From: an uncultured Actinomycetota bacterium
Lineage (GTDB): Bacteria; Actinomycetota; Actinomycetes; Actinomycetales; Demequinaceae
Length of the DNA: 64,000 nucleotides
Assembly (NCBI GenBank): GCA_963712245.1
Contig: CAVQHE010000004.1
Coordinates: 34,602 to 98,601, forward strand
Direction: 5' to 3'
Both the position numbers and the translations under genes were made by a program. The notes beneath the pieces are model-generated. The model worked only from the letters and a program-made list of their open reading frames with translations. It had not been told where the DNA came from and did not search any database. Below, piece after piece: positions 1 to 10,427 of this stretch (its first letter is position 1; the number at the start of each line of letters is the position of its first letter).

Positions 1-1494
1 GCCGTGGGGCGTGGTGAACACGCGCTCGAACGCCCCGGGCTCGGATTCGGCGTGTTCGAGCCCGCGGAAGATCGAGCCGCCGCCGTCGTTGAGCACGACG
101 ATGCGCACGCTCGGCCGTCGTTCCCGCGTACCGACGAGCAGACCGCCCGCGTCGTGCAGGAAGGTCAGGTCTCCGACGAGGGCCGTGACGAGGGCCTCGG
201 AGCCGAGGGCGACGCCCAACGCCGTCGAGAGGGTGCCGTCAATCCCGGCCAGCCCACGATTCGCGATCACGACGCGCGTCGGCGTCGCGAAGTCCGCGGG
301 GATCGCGGCGTCGACGGCCCGAATGGCGCGGCTCGACCCGACGACGAGCGGTCCGTTCGCCCGCCTCCGCCAGCACCTCCGCCGCCACGGACTCCACCGA
401 CCAGGCCCGGGCGGACGGACGGGCTCGACCGCGCCGACCCACCGCTCGACCCACTCCCGTCGACGCGGGCGTTCCCGGCGCGCGGATCCACCCGAACGGC
501 ACGTCGGGAACGACGACCTCCGCGCGAAGGGGCGCCTCGCGCCACGGGGCGCCGTGGCGGGCGACCCACAACCGCGGAGCGGAGTCGAGGAGCGCCCGGA
601 CGCCGCGGGCGAGCGTCGCGCGGCCGACGAGCAGCACGAACTCCGCCTCGGCGACCAGCGCGCGACCGGCGTCCGTCGCGACGAACCGCGCATAGTCGGG
701 GACGACGGACGGCCCGCGCGCGCGACCCCGACGTGGGCTCGGCGAGCAGGGGCCAGCCGCGGGCGGCGGCGATGGACGCGGGCGCCGATCCGGCCCGGTC
801 TCCCGCGACGACAACGCCCCTGGCGACATCGGGCAGCGCCGGGGAGTCGGGCGTCCGGCGCGAAACTCCAGGTCCGCCGGTGTGCCGCCGACGGCCACGG
901 GCCGCGATCGGGTCCGAGCGGGTCGGCGAACTGCACGTTGAGGTGGACCGGCCCCGGCCCGAGGCTTCCGTCCGACGGGCGTGCGCCCCGGCCGAGAAGG
1001 CGATCGCCGCCCCGACGGCGAGCCGGCGCCTCGTCCTCGAGGTCCCGCCCCGGTCCGGGGGCGAGGACGTCCTGTGCGTGACGGACGAAGGGGCCGAAGA
1101 GGCGGCGCTGGTCCGTCGTCTGGTTCGCGCCGGTCGCGCGAAGGTCGAAGGGCCGGTCCGCCGTGATGGCGATCAGGCGCACACCCGAGTGGTGCGCCTC
1201 CATCACCGCGGGCAGCAGGTTGCCCGCGGCCGTCCCGGACGTCGTGACGACGGCCGCGGCTCCCCCGTGCGATCGCGAGCCCCAGCGCGAGGAATGCCGC
1301 CGATCGCTCGTCGATGCGGACATGAAGGCGGATCTCGGGCGCGCCGAGTCGGCGGCGCGGCCGATCCGCCTCGGCCAGCGCGTGGGCGAGCGGCCCCGAC
1401 CGCGAGCCGGGGCACAGCACGATGTCGCGCGACGTCGTTCGCCGCGAGGTGCGCGACAGAGCGCGCGGGCGAACTCCATCGAGGGGTTCGTCAC
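1..1494 (-). pseudogene. menD: SEPHCHC synthase MenD. The 3' end runs off the window and the reading frame is broken several times.
   Basis: The reverse translation of 1-120 reads [43 protein letters not shown] 239..1420(-) contains [13 protein letters not shown]...[17 protein letters not shown]. The GTG at 1494 overlaps the menC stop (GTGA). MenD-like peptide segments are spread over all three minus frames, giving at least 4 breaks. Confidence 0.85.
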
Positions 1495-2396
1495 GCCGTC
1501 ACCTCCGCGGTCCTGGGCTCCAGGATCGCCACCGCGCGGCACGAGCGGGTCGGCGACGACGTCGTCCGCGAGGAGGGCGCCGGTTCCGAGCCCGCACGCG
1601 TACGGAAGGTCGGGCAGCGCAAGCGCGAGCGCGAGGCCCGACGCGAGGCCGATCGACGTCTCCATCGCGCTCGACACGACGACGGGGAGCCCCGCGACTG
1701 CTCGCCACCTCCATGCAGGCGCGGACGCCCCCGAGCGGCGACGACCTTGAGCACGAGCACGTCGGCCGCGCCGGCGCGCGCCACGGCGAGCGGGTCGGAC
1801 GGCACGCGCACAGACTCGTCCGCCGCGATCGGCACGGCGGTGCGCCGCCGGAGCGCCGCGAGCTCGTCGATCGTGGCGCACGGCTGCTCCGCGTACTCGA
1901 GTCCGTCGACGCCCCCCGATCGCGCGGCCCGCTCGAGCGCCGCGAGCGCGCGGACGGCGTCGTCGACGGCCCAGGCGCCGTTCGCGTCGACCCTCACCCG
2001 AGCCGACGGCCCGCCCGCCGCGGCGACGGCCGCCGCGACCGCCTCGACCCGCGCGACGTCGTCCGCGGGCGTCGAGCCCGGCCGCCGACCTTCACCTTCG
2101 CGACGACGCATCCGCCGGCGACGGCGAGGCGCGCCGCGTCCTCCGGACCGACCTCCGGGACGATGCTGTTGACGGGCACGCGATGCGCGCACGCGGAGCG
2201 GGCCAGTCGCCTCGAGCCGCCTCCATCGCCGCGGCCCACCACCGCGAGGCCCGCGCGGCGTCGTAGTCGGGGAACGGCGAGTACTCGCCCCACGCGTCGG
2301 CCCGTCCGGCGCTCGCCCTCGGATGAGCACGCCCGAGCGCTCGGTCACCCCGCGGAAACGCGTGGCGAGGCGTACGCGGAACGGTCGGAACTCCAT
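1491..2396 (-). pseudogene. menC: o-succinylbenzoate synthase MenC (enolase superfamily), with a multiply broken frame
   Basis: ORF 1491..2396(-) has MEFRPFRVRLATRFRGVTERSGVLIRG and [22 protein letters not shown]...[32 protein letters not shown]. Other conserved pieces lie in other frames: VPVNSIVPEVGPEDAARLA in ORF 1994..2293, and [25 protein letters not shown] by hand translation. Confidence 0.8.
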
Positions 2397-2428
2397 GGCG
2401 CCAGGCTATTGCCTCCGGGCCCGGGGCC

Positions 2429-3689
2429 CTACGGGTGGAGAATCGCGCGGTAGCCCTCGGTACCGATCACGTGAAGCGGAAAGGCGTCCCCCGCGCCGGG
2501 GAGAAGCTCGACGGTCAGCCCCGTCGCGAAATCCGTGTACCACAGGAGCCCGTCGCCGCTTACGAGCGCGGCGGTGCCCGACGCGGCGAGGCAGTGGCGG
2601 AACTCGTACGGCGGTTGCGCGACGGGCTGAAGCGTGCCGTCCCGAAGGACGCCGAGCCGACTCTTGTCGGACGTCACCTCGACCACGCGCAACGGGCTGT
2701 CGGCGCAGTACCCCGACACGAAGTAGTCGTCGGGCCCGGGTATACCGAGAGCGAGCCGGAAGCGCGTCGAGCTGGTCGGCGGCGATGACCTGCGTCGGCG
2801 AGGATCCGTCGACGGGGAATTCCCACACGTCGAGCGCGCCGGCGTCCGTGTAGCAGTAGGCGACGAAGGTCGGCCCGCGGCCCTTCCCGATCATGTAGCA
2901 GTCGCCCGCCATCGACGACGGGATCGTCGCCGAAGTCCCGTCGGGGTAGAACGCCGTGAATCGCTCGTCTGGCGCGGTCTCGAACTCGCTCTGGACCTGG
3001 ACGTCGCCGACGTCGAAGACCGTGTAGCCGAAGCCCTGGCCGACGATCGAGCTCGGGATCTCCACCCCCGCGTCCGAGTAGATCCCGTCGATGCCCTCGC
3101 CGTCGCAGCTTCCGCGGACGAGCCACGCGCCGTCGCGCGCGGAACCGCGCACGTATCCCTGGTTCGCACAGAACGACCACGTCGAGTCGATCTCGCCCGA
3201 GACCATGTCGAAGACCTCGAGGTCGGTGAGTTGGTTGACGAGGAGGATCTTCTGGCGCGCGCCGTCCCACGCGACGATGTCCGGCTTCGTCAGGCCGAGC
3301 ACGTCGAGGTTGCCGAGTTCGTAGCGCGTGCCCTCGGGAGAGATGAGATAGAGCACGCGCGGCCCGGGCGTCTCGACTCCCGCGTCGTCGATGGACGTGG
3401 CGTCGTGGATGGCGACAACCCAGCCGGTCGACACCGACTCGAGGACCGGCTCGGTGAGGAGCTCCGCCGAGGGGAGGTGCTCCGCGACCGTCACGGGGCG
3501 TTCGGCGAAGACCGGCGCGGGCGTCGCGGAAGCGGTGGGCGTCGGCAAGGTCGCCGTCGCGGTGGGCGAGGGGCTCGGGGTCGGGCTCGAGAACGGACCC
3601 CACGACGCGAGCCACGCCGTGAGCGCGGCGGCGATCACGACGAGCACGACTGTCGCCCACACCCAGAACTTCGCGACCGCCCTGGCCAT
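2429..3689 (-). CDS. Membrane-anchored hypothetical protein: N-terminal TM helix, Pro/Thr/Ser linker and an extracytoplasmic domain. There is one frame break near 2755.
   Basis: MARAVAKFWVWATVVLVVIAAALTAWLASW at 3689 is followed by SPTPSPSPTATATLPTPTASATP. The C-terminal 96 aa continue in ORF 2429..2719(-). I recognise no family. Confidence 0.55.
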
Positions 3690-3753
3690 CCCCGCTCCTC
3701 TATCGGCCGAGTCTCGATCCCCCGTCTCCACCCGGGCGTCGAAGGCTAGGCTC

Positions 3754-4689
3754 GTGGACGTGAGCGATCTTCCCGTCCCGGTCTCCCAGACCTTCGATCC
3801 CGCGCGTTGGCGCGCCATCGATGGTTTTCCTAATGGTGACATTACCTATCATCGCGCCGTAGACCGCGCAGGGCGCGGCGCCGAACGCGACCTTCCCGCG
3901 GTGCGCATCGCCTTCAACCGTCCGGAGGTGCGCAACGCGTTCCGCCCTCAGACGGTGGACGATCTGTACCGGGCGCTCGACCACGCGCGCCAGACGCCCG
4001 ACGTCGCCGCCGTGATCATCACGGGGAACGGTCCGTCGCCCAAGGACGGCGGGTGGGCGTTCTGCTCGGGAGGCGACCAGTCCGTCCGCGGCAAGGACGG
4101 GTACCTCTACGACGCGTCGTCGGCCCCGACGGCCGCCGGGCGTCTGCACGTCCTCGAGGTCCAGCGACTCATGCGCACCATGCCGAAGGTGACGATCGCC
4201 GCGGTGAGCGGGTGGGCGGCAGGAGGAGGGCACAGCCTTCACGTGGTGGCCGACCTCTCGATTGCGAGCCGCGAGCACGCGCGATTCAAGCAGACCGACG
4301 CGGTGGTCGGGTCGTTCGACGCGGGCTACGGCAGCGCTCTCCTCGCGCGACAGGTCGGCGACAAGCGCGCCCGGGAGATCTTCTTCCTCGCGCGCGAGTA
4401 CTCGGCGGACGACGCGGAGCGTTGGGGTGCCGTCAACGAGGTCGTCGACCACGATCGCCTCGAGAGCACCGCGCTGGAGTATGCCGCGCTCGTCGCGGCC
4501 AAGTCTCCCCAGGCGATTCGCATGCTGAAGTTCGCGTTCAATCTCGCCGACGACGGCCTTGCGGGCCAACAGGTATTCGCCGGCGAGGCGACTCGCCTGG
4601 CCTACATGACCGACGAGGCGCAGGAGGGTCGAGACGCGTTCCTCGAGAAGCGCGACCCGGACTGGAGCCGGTTCCCGTACTCGTACTAG
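3754..4689 (+). CDS. menB: 1,4-dihydroxy-2-naphthoyl-CoA synthase
   Basis: The crotonase-fold DHNA-CoA synthase signatures RIAFNRPEVRNAF, GGWAFCSGGDQSVRG and EGRDAFLEKRDPDW are present. The in-frame GTG at 3754 (or 3760) follows the divergent upstream gene. Confidence 0.9.
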   Translation: MDVSDLPVPVSQTFDPARWRAIDGFPNGDITYHRAVDRAGRGAERDLPAVRIAFNRPEVRNAFRPQTVDDLYRALDHARQTPDVAAVIITGNGPSPKDGGWAFCSGGDQSVRGKDGYLYDASSAPTAAGRLHVLEVQRLMRTMPKVTIAAVSGWAAGGGHSLHVVADLSIASREHARFKQTDAVVGSFDAGYGSALLARQVGDKRAREIFFLAREYSADDAERWGAVNEVVDHDRLESTALEYAALVAAKSPQAIRMLKFAFNLADDGLAGQQVFAGEATRLAYMTDEAQEGRDAFLEKRDPDWSRFPYSY

Positions 4690-4695
4690 AGCGAC

Positions 4696-5820
4696 CTACC
4701 GCTTGGTCGTGATCGTCGTCGAGTCGAACTTGAGAACCTGGATCTCGCTCGTTCCCCTCGAGGGAAGGAGCTCGACCCAGGTGTTGCCGGGCGCGAGGTA
4801 GACGGGCGTGCCGTCGAGGGTCGTGAGGTGGAACTTGTCACGGCGGTCGGCCTTGCTCCACCGGATCTCAACGTACTTTCCGTCGGTGGCGATGTAGCCG
4901 ATGCCGTTCTCGGTTCCGGCGAGAAGGGTCTCCGGGTCGTCGTGGAACTTGTAGCGCACCCGCGCGCGAAGGATGACGATGTTCGTCGCCTTCAACTGGC
5001 CGCTCGACTGCTGAACGTGCGGGGTGGAACCCTGGTATCGAAGGAAGGCGCCCTTGGATTCGCTCCACTTCCAGTGCTGCGTCTGCGTACGCGAGAACTT
5101 CAGCGAGATCTCCTTGACCGGCTTCCCGGTGACGATGGCCGTCGCGTTCTCGACCGGATAGGCGTAGTCGAACTGTTGCGGAGCCGGCTTCGCGCCCTTC
5201 GCGGTCCCGCACTTGGCGATGTTGTCGAGGTGGAGGTACGTCGCGTACGGCCGGTACTTGCCGCTCTTCAGGTAGAAACCCGAACGGCAGTTGCGGAGGT
5301 CCTCCGCGACGTACGGCTGATCCTTGATCTTGAGCGCGTCGTGCAGCGTCGGCCTCGCGGCGCCGGAGAAGGCGATCGTCCCATAGAACGATCCGAAGAT
5401 GTACGGGTCCATCGGCCGCAAGGACCGGATGTTTCCGACGACCTTCGGGTAGTGCGAGTGGAAGACCGCGACGAACCGCGTCCACCCGCCGGTGGCCATG
5501 TACTCCTCGAACACGATGTCCGCGTACTGCAGGCCTTCCTGCGGTATCGCGTGCGTATTCGTGCTGTTGTCGATCTTCGCGGCGATCGCCTGCCGCTGGA
5601 TATCGGCGGGATCGGCGTCCGTCGCGTCGAGTCCCGTCAGCGGCCAAATCACCGCCGGCATCGGGTCCTCGGGCGGGGTGGGGATCGTATTCCGGTGTTC
5701 GGAGGGCACCTGCGTGACGGTGGCATCCGGTTGGGAGAGCTCCTGAGGGGCACACGCCGCCAGGGCAAGAACGGCAAGAGCCGTCGCGGCAGCACCGAGT
5801 CGACTGGCGGTCCGAGTCAT
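4696..5820 (-). CDS. DUF3048-family (YerB-like) lipoprotein
   Basis: The signal peptide has the lipobox LALAAC. The motif IDNSTNTHAIPQEGLQYADIVFEEYMATGGWTRFVAVF is typical of DUF3048. Confidence 0.8.
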   Translation of the reverse strand: MTRTASRLGAAATALAVLALAACAPQELSQPDATVTQVPSEHRNTIPTPPEDPMPAVIWPLTGLDATDADPADIQRQAIAAKIDNSTNTHAIPQEGLQYADIVFEEYMATGGWTRFVAVFHSHYPKVVGNIRSLRPMDPYIFGSFYGTIAFSGAARPTLHDALKIKDQPYVAEDLRNCRSGFYLKSGKYRPYATYLHLDNIAKCGTAKGAKPAPQQFDYAYPVENATAIVTGKPVKEISLKFSRTQTQHWKWSESKGAFLRYQGSTPHVQQSSGQLKATNIVILRARVRYKFHDDPETLLAGTENGIGYIATDGKYVEIRWSKADRRDKFHLTTLDGTPVYLAPGNTWVELLPSRGTSEIQVLKFDSTTITTKR

Positions 5821-5853
5821 AGCGGACAGTCTAGGCGCGCCTACGCTGGGAGG

Positions 5854-6924
5854 GTGACCTATACGAGTGTCGCCGACGATCCTTTCGGGGCTGCCGAGGC
5901 AATCGTTGCGGGGCGCGCAGGCGGCGTGAGCGTCGCGACGTCCGGATCGTCGGGCGAGCCGCGAGCCGCGTTGATCGGTGCCTCGGCGCTACTCGCGTCG
6001 GCCGAGGCGACGCTCGATCGCCTCGGCGGGCCGGGCGCGTGGCTCCTCGCCGTCCCCCCCGATCGGATCGCCGGTTTCCAGGTGCTCGTTCGATCCGGTC
6101 TCGCGGGCTCGCCTGCCGCGCGGATGCCCGACGGCCCCTTCACCGCCGCCGGATTTGCCGACGCCGTCGCGCGCCTCCGATCGACCGCGCCGGCGGGTAT
6201 GCGCCTGTATTGCTCGCTCGTCCCGACGCAGGAGCGGCGCCTCCGGTCCGACGCCGACGGCGCGGCGGCCCTCGCGTCGCTCGACGCGGTTCTGATCGGC
6301 GGCGCGCCGGCCACGCGCACCGAGCGGGTCGCGGGGGTGGTCGAGACGTACGGGTCAACCGAGACGTCGGGCGGATGCGTGTACGACGGGACGCCGCTCA
6401 AGGGCGTGCGAATCGACGCGGACGCGGACGCGAGGATCCTTGTCTCCGGCCCGACGCTGTTCGACGGATACGCCGACGGCGACGACGACGGGACGTTCAC
6501 GCGGGGCGGGATCCGCTGGCTTCGGATGCCGGACATCGGTCGGGTGGTCGGCGGGCGCCTCGTCGTGCGGGGCCGGGCGGACGACGTCATCGTGACCGGC
6601 GGCATGAAGGCTCATCCCGGCGACGTCGAACGGGCGCTTCTCGCGCGGGGCGACGTCGGCGAGGCCGTCGTCGTGCCCGTGCCGGACGAGGAGTGGGGAC
6701 AGCGCGTCGTCGCGCTCGTCGTTCCCGCCGCGGGTTCCGGGCCCGTCGACGAGGCGGCGCTCCGCCGGGATCTCGGCGACGCCTTGCCCCGGCATGCGGT
6801 TCCGAAGGAGATCCGCGTCGTCGAATCCCTGCCCCTCCTCGAATCTGGCAAGATCGACCGCGGGGCCGCCCGGGCCCTCGCCCGTACCCCGACCGGAGGT
6901 CCCCGTGCCCGCGACGACGCGTGA
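5854..6924 (+). CDS. menE: o-succinylbenzoate-CoA ligase (short actinobacterial form)
   Basis: Adenylate-forming motifs TSGSSGEPR, YGSTETSGG and the C-terminal SGKIDR are present. The GTG at 5854 is in frame with ORF 4828..6924. The part of that ORF upstream of 5854 is antisense to the lipoprotein gene. Confidence 0.85.
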   Translation: MTYTSVADDPFGAAEAIVAGRAGGVSVATSGSSGEPRAALIGASALLASAEATLDRLGGPGAWLLAVPPDRIAGFQVLVRSGLAGSPAARMPDGPFTAAGFADAVARLRSTAPAGMRLYCSLVPTQERRLRSDADGAAALASLDAVLIGGAPATRTERVAGVVETYGSTETSGGCVYDGTPLKGVRIDADADARILVSGPTLFDGYADGDDDGTFTRGGIRWLRMPDIGRVVGGRLVVRGRADDVIVTGGMKAHPGDVERALLARGDVGEAVVVPVPDEEWGQRVVALVVPAAGSGPVDEAALRRDLGDALPRHAVPKEIRVVESLPLLESGKIDRGAARALARTPTGGPRARDDA

Positions 6925-7780
6925 CTGGATTCGCGGTGCGCGCCCGAAAACCCTGACCACCGCGATCGCTCCCGTCGCCGTCGGCACGGCGTCCGCGAAC
7001 GCCGTCGGGAGCGCGAGATGGGGGGTCGCCGCGCTCGCGCTCGGCGTCGCCCTCGCCCTCCAGGTCGCCGTGAACTTCGCCAACGACTATTCCGACGGCG
7101 TGCGGGGAACGGACGCGAACCGCGTCGGACCCGAGCGGTTGGTCGCGTCCGGGAAGGTTCCTCCCCGGCGCGTCCGCCTCGCCGCCCTCCTGGCCTTCGT
7201 CGTCGGTTCGCTTCTCGGGTTGGCGATGACGCTGATCTCGGGTCAGTGGTGGCTCCTCGCCGTCGGGGCGGCCGCGATCGTCGCCGCGTGGACGTACACG
7301 GGCACCTCCCGCCCGTACGGATATACCGGGTGGGGCGAGGTCAGCGTCTTCGTGTTCTTCGGACTCGTCGCGACGCTCGGGACGATGGCGGCGCAAGCCG
7401 GCGGGGTGACGTGGTGGGGCGTGGTCGCGGCGACGGGCGTCGGCCTCTATTCCGTCGCGATGCTTCTGGTGAACAACATCCGCGACCTCGAAACGGACGC
7501 GCTCTCCGGTAAGCGCACGCTCGCCGTCCGCCTGGGGAACGTGCGGTCGCGGGCGCTCTTCGCGCTGATGGTGACGCTGCCGCTGGTCGCGTCGTGCGCC
7601 GTCGCCATCGCCCGGCCCTGGGCGCTCGTCACGGGCGTACTGATCCTGCCGGCGGTCGTGCTCGCGCTCGCCGTCACGGTGGGACTCAGGGGACGGCCGA
7701 TGTCGGTCGTGTTCGCGGGCACGAGCGCGATCGGTCTCGCCTACGGCGTCCTGCTCGCCCTCGGGATCGCCTGGGGCTGA
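6905..7780 (+). CDS. menA: 1,4-dihydroxy-2-naphthoate polyprenyltransferase (UbiA family)
   Basis: The protein has ARPKTLTTAIAPVAVG, the UbiA motif NDYSDGVRGTD and multiple TM helices. It overlaps the menE 3' end by 20 nt. Confidence 0.85.
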   Translation: MPATTRDWIRGARPKTLTTAIAPVAVGTASANAVGSARWGVAALALGVALALQVAVNFANDYSDGVRGTDANRVGPERLVASGKVPPRRVRLAALLAFVVGSLLGLAMTLISGQWWLLAVGAAAIVAAWTYTGTSRPYGYTGWGEVSVFVFFGLVATLGTMAAQAGGVTWWGVVAATGVGLYSVAMLLVNNIRDLETDALSGKRTLAVRLGNVRSRALFALMVTLPLVASCAVAIARPWALVTGVLILPAVVLALAVTVGLRGRPMSVVFAGTSAIGLAYGVLLALGIAWG

Positions 7781-7802
7781 TCCGCCCGCGACGCCCGGCG
7801 TG

Positions 7803-8075
7803 CTACGCGGCGCGCGGCTTCTTCCCGTTGGCCGCGATCTCCGCGTCCTCGGCCGCCTCGTCCTCGCGCGTGGACGAGAAGCGCTTCGCCAGCCAGCGCT
7901 CGAGCTGCTGCGCGGCCGCGTCGTGCAGCGAACCGAACATCGCGTACGAGATGAGCCACGCGATCAGCGCGGCGGCCACGACGGCGACCCAGCTCTGCCA
8001 CCCGAGCATCCACAGCATCACCAGCACGGCGAGCATGAGAGCGGTCCGCGCGAGCCAGTAGAGGAAGACATGCAC
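7803..8075 (-). CDS. Small two-TM membrane protein (DUF4229-like)
   Basis: This 90-aa ORF has two hydrophobic helices (ALMLAVLVMLWMLGW and VAVVAAALIAWLISYAMF) and a charged tail. The family call is from memory of the actinobacterial menA neighbourhood. Confidence 0.55.
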   Translation of the reverse strand: MHVFLYWLARTALMLAVLVMLWMLGWQSWVAVVAAALIAWLISYAMFGSLHDAAAQQLERWLAKRFSSTREDEAAEDAEIAANGKKPRAA

Positions 8076-8109
8076 AGCGCAACTCTATCGCTCCGGCTAC
8101 GCTCGTCCT

Positions 8110-8391
8110 ATGCGCACCGCTTTGTTGACGCTCGCGTACGTCGGCCTCGCCGCGTACTGCATTTCGGACGCCCTGCAACACCGCGATCACGAACCGTACG
8201 GTCTCCCGAAGGTCCTCTGGGTGTTCATCATCCTGCTCTTCCCGTACCTGGGGGCGGCGACGTGGATCGCTCTGGCGATTCGCTCGCGTCTGAACGCGGA
8301 GCAGCCGCGTCCCCCGCAGGCTCCGGACGACGATCCCGATTACCTGGTTTGGCTACGGGAGCAGGAACGCCGGAGGAAGCTCGGCAACTGA
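8110..8391 (+). CDS. PLD-nuclease N-terminal domain (PLDc_N) small membrane protein
   Basis: LPKVLWVFIILLFPYLGAATWIALAIR matches the PLDc_N small-protein pattern. The ORF is 93 aa. Confidence 0.65.
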   Translation: MRTALLTLAYVGLAAYCISDALQHRDHEPYGLPKVLWVFIILLFPYLGAATWIALAIRSRLNAEQPRPPQAPDDDPDYLVWLREQERRRKLGN

Positions 8392-8398
8392 CGGGCGA

Positions 8399-9532
8399 CT
8401 ACTCGCCCGCGTAGAGCCGCTCGATCCGGGGTCCGACCGCGGAGACGTCGAAGTCGCGCACGCGCGCCGCCTGCTCGTCCCGAATGCTCGCTCGCAGGTC
8501 CTCGTCGTCGATCAGGCGCGCGAGCGTCGCCGCGAATCTGCCGCGATCGCTCGGGCGGACCAACGTGTCGGGGCGGTCCCCCAGGACGCTGCGGTAACCG
8601 GGGTTGTCTCCGCCGACCACGACGTCCGAACCGGACGCCATCGCCTCGATCAACACGATGCCGAAGCTCTCGCCGCCCGTCGCGGGGAAGACGGCGATGT
8701 CGGCGGCGCCGTAAAACGCGGCCTTCTCCTCCTCGGCGACGAAACCCGTCATCTCGACGATGTCGCCCATTCGCGCCTCCTCCACCACCTTCTCGACGTC
8801 CGCCGCGAGCGGACCGCGGCCGCCGATCGTCACCCGAATGCGCGCGCGCGAGGCCCTCGGCAGCGCGCTCACGGCCTCGACGAACTCGATCGCGCCCTTG
8901 CGGGCGACGAGGCGCCCGAGGAATGCGAGCCGTACCGCGTCCGATCCACGCCGCGACTCGCGTCCGCGCTCGCCCGCCGTCGCGAGCGCGTCGACGTCGA
9001 TGGGTATCCCGATCACGGTCGGTTCTATGCGGAACGCGTGGCGCGCGAACTCCGCGGCGGGCGCGGACACCGCGCAGAACCGGTCGAACTTCCGGAGGTT
9101 GCGCCGCAGCAGAAGCCCGAGCGCGCGCGTCGCGACCGACGCGAGGCGTCCGTTCGGGAGGATGTGGAACGTTCCGACGATCGCGACGGCGTCCCCCTGC
9201 ACGCGCCGGGCCGCGGCGACGAGCCGGCCCGAGAACAGCGGCGAGTGGGGAGTCTGGACGTGGATGACGTCGAAGCGCTCACGCGCGAGGAACGCTCGGA
9301 GCGACCGCCGGGACACGGGAAGCGGGATCTTCAGCCCGTTGCCGTTGAACCGGACGTGCACGTTCCGCGCGAGCGAGTGGAGAGACCCGCCCAGGTCCCC
9401 GCGCGTCGCCTCCGAGCAGACGTAGTGGACGTCGTGACCCGCCGAGGCGAGGTAGCGCCCCACGCTCAGGACGTACTGCTGGACGCCGTCGGGCCGGTCG
9501 AGGCTGTCGTCGAGGACGAGCGCGATCTTCAT
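8399..9532 (-). CDS. GT4-family glycosyltransferase
   Basis: The MKIALVLDD start is typical of GT-B enzymes, and the C-terminal domain has FPATGGESFGIVLIEAMASG (E-x7-E region). The start at 9532 lies 4 nt after the ccsB stop. Confidence 0.8.
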   Translation of the reverse strand: MKIALVLDDSLDRPDGVQQYVLSVGRYLASAGHDVHYVCSEATRGDLGGSLHSLARNVHVRFNGNGLKIPLPVSRRSLRAFLARERFDVIHVQTPHSPLFSGRLVAAARRVQGDAVAIVGTFHILPNGRLASVATRALGLLLRRNLRKFDRFCAVSAPAAEFARHAFRIEPTVIGIPIDVDALATAGERGRESRRGSDAVRLAFLGRLVARKGAIEFVEAVSALPRASRARIRVTIGGRGPLAADVEKVVEEARMGDIVEMTGFVAEEEKAAFYGAADIAVFPATGGESFGIVLIEAMASGSDVVVGGDNPGYRSVLGDRPDTLVRPSDRGRFAATLARLIDDEDLRASIRDEQAARVRDFDVSAVGPRIERLYAGE

Positions 9533-9536
9533 CCGC

Positions 9537-10427
9537 CTAGACCCCCGCATACGAGTGGAGGCCCTGGAATACCAGATTGACGAGCGTGAAGTTCACGATG
9601 ATCGCGCCGAACCCGACGAGCGCGAGGACGGACGCGCGACGGCCCTGCCAGCCTTGGGTCGTGCGCGCGTGCAGGTACGCGGCGTAGATCACCCAGACCA
9701 CGAACGACCACGTCTCCTTGGGGTCCCAGCCCCAGTACCGCCCCCACGCGTGCTCCGCCCAGATGGCGCCCGCCATCACGGTGAAGGTCCAGAGGATGAA
9801 GCCGACGGCGTTGAGACGGAAGGAGAGCGCCTCAAGGGAGCGGGGCTCCGGGGCGGCGTCGAGTCGCCGCCACGCGCGCCTGCCGAAGAACGACGAGCCG
9901 CCGTCGCGGGCGGCGCGCGCGAGTTGGATGAGCGTCGCGAGGAACGCGACGGAGAGCACGCCGGTCGCGATCGTCGCGACGGACACGTGGATCGCGATCC
10001 ACGCGCTCTGGAGGGCGGGCTGGAGGGTCGTCGCCTCGCGGTACAGGACGGCGAGCGCGAGGCCGAGCGCGATCGTCGCGAGGCCCGTCACCGCCGGGCC
10101 GAGCCACACGGCGTCGCGAAAACGCCGGATGACCGCGTACGCGGTAACGGCCGCGAGGGAGAACGTGATGGTGAATTCGTACATCGTCGACCACGGCACG
10201 TGCCCGGCGTCGATCCCGCGCGCCACGACGCCGATCAGGTGCAGGGCGAGGCCGACCGTGACCGACGCCCGCGCGATGCCCGACGCGCGATCGGACGCGG
10301 GAACCGCCGCGCCGTTGTCCTTCGCGTCCGCGACGCGTGCGAGCCGGACGGACGAGGCGACCATGGCGATCGCGTACAGGGCGGCGGCGCCGTACAGCGC
10401 GGCCACGCTCACGTTCTGGGGGTCCAC
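9537..10427 (-). CDS. ccsB: Cytochrome c biogenesis protein CcsB/ResC (heme handling, WWD motif)
   Basis: The Trp-rich motif WAEHAWGRYWGWDPKETW and multiple TM helices are present. The GTG at 10427 is preceded by GGAGGAAGC. It overlaps the resB 3' end. Confidence 0.85.
   Translation of the reverse strand: MDPQNVSVAALYGAAALYAIAMVASSVRLARVADAKDNGAAVPASDRASGIARASVTVGLALHLIGVVARGIDAGHVPWSTMYEFTITFSLAAVTAYAVIRRFRDAVWLGPAVTGLATIALGLALAVLYREATTLQPALQSAWIAIHVSVATIATGVLSVAFLATLIQLARAARDGGSSFFGRRAWRRLDAAPEPRSLEALSFRLNAVGFILWTFTVMAGAIWAEHAWGRYWGWDPKETWSFVVWVIYAAYLHARTTQGWQGRRASVLALVGFGAIIVNFTLVNLVFQGLHSYAGV

Noticed and set aside
4828-5853. The N-terminal 340 codons of ORF 4828..6924(+), read as a long MenE extension.
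   Set aside because: This part is antisense to the DUF3048 lipoprotein gene and has no adenylate-forming-enzyme motifs. MenE similarity begins at the GTG at 5854.
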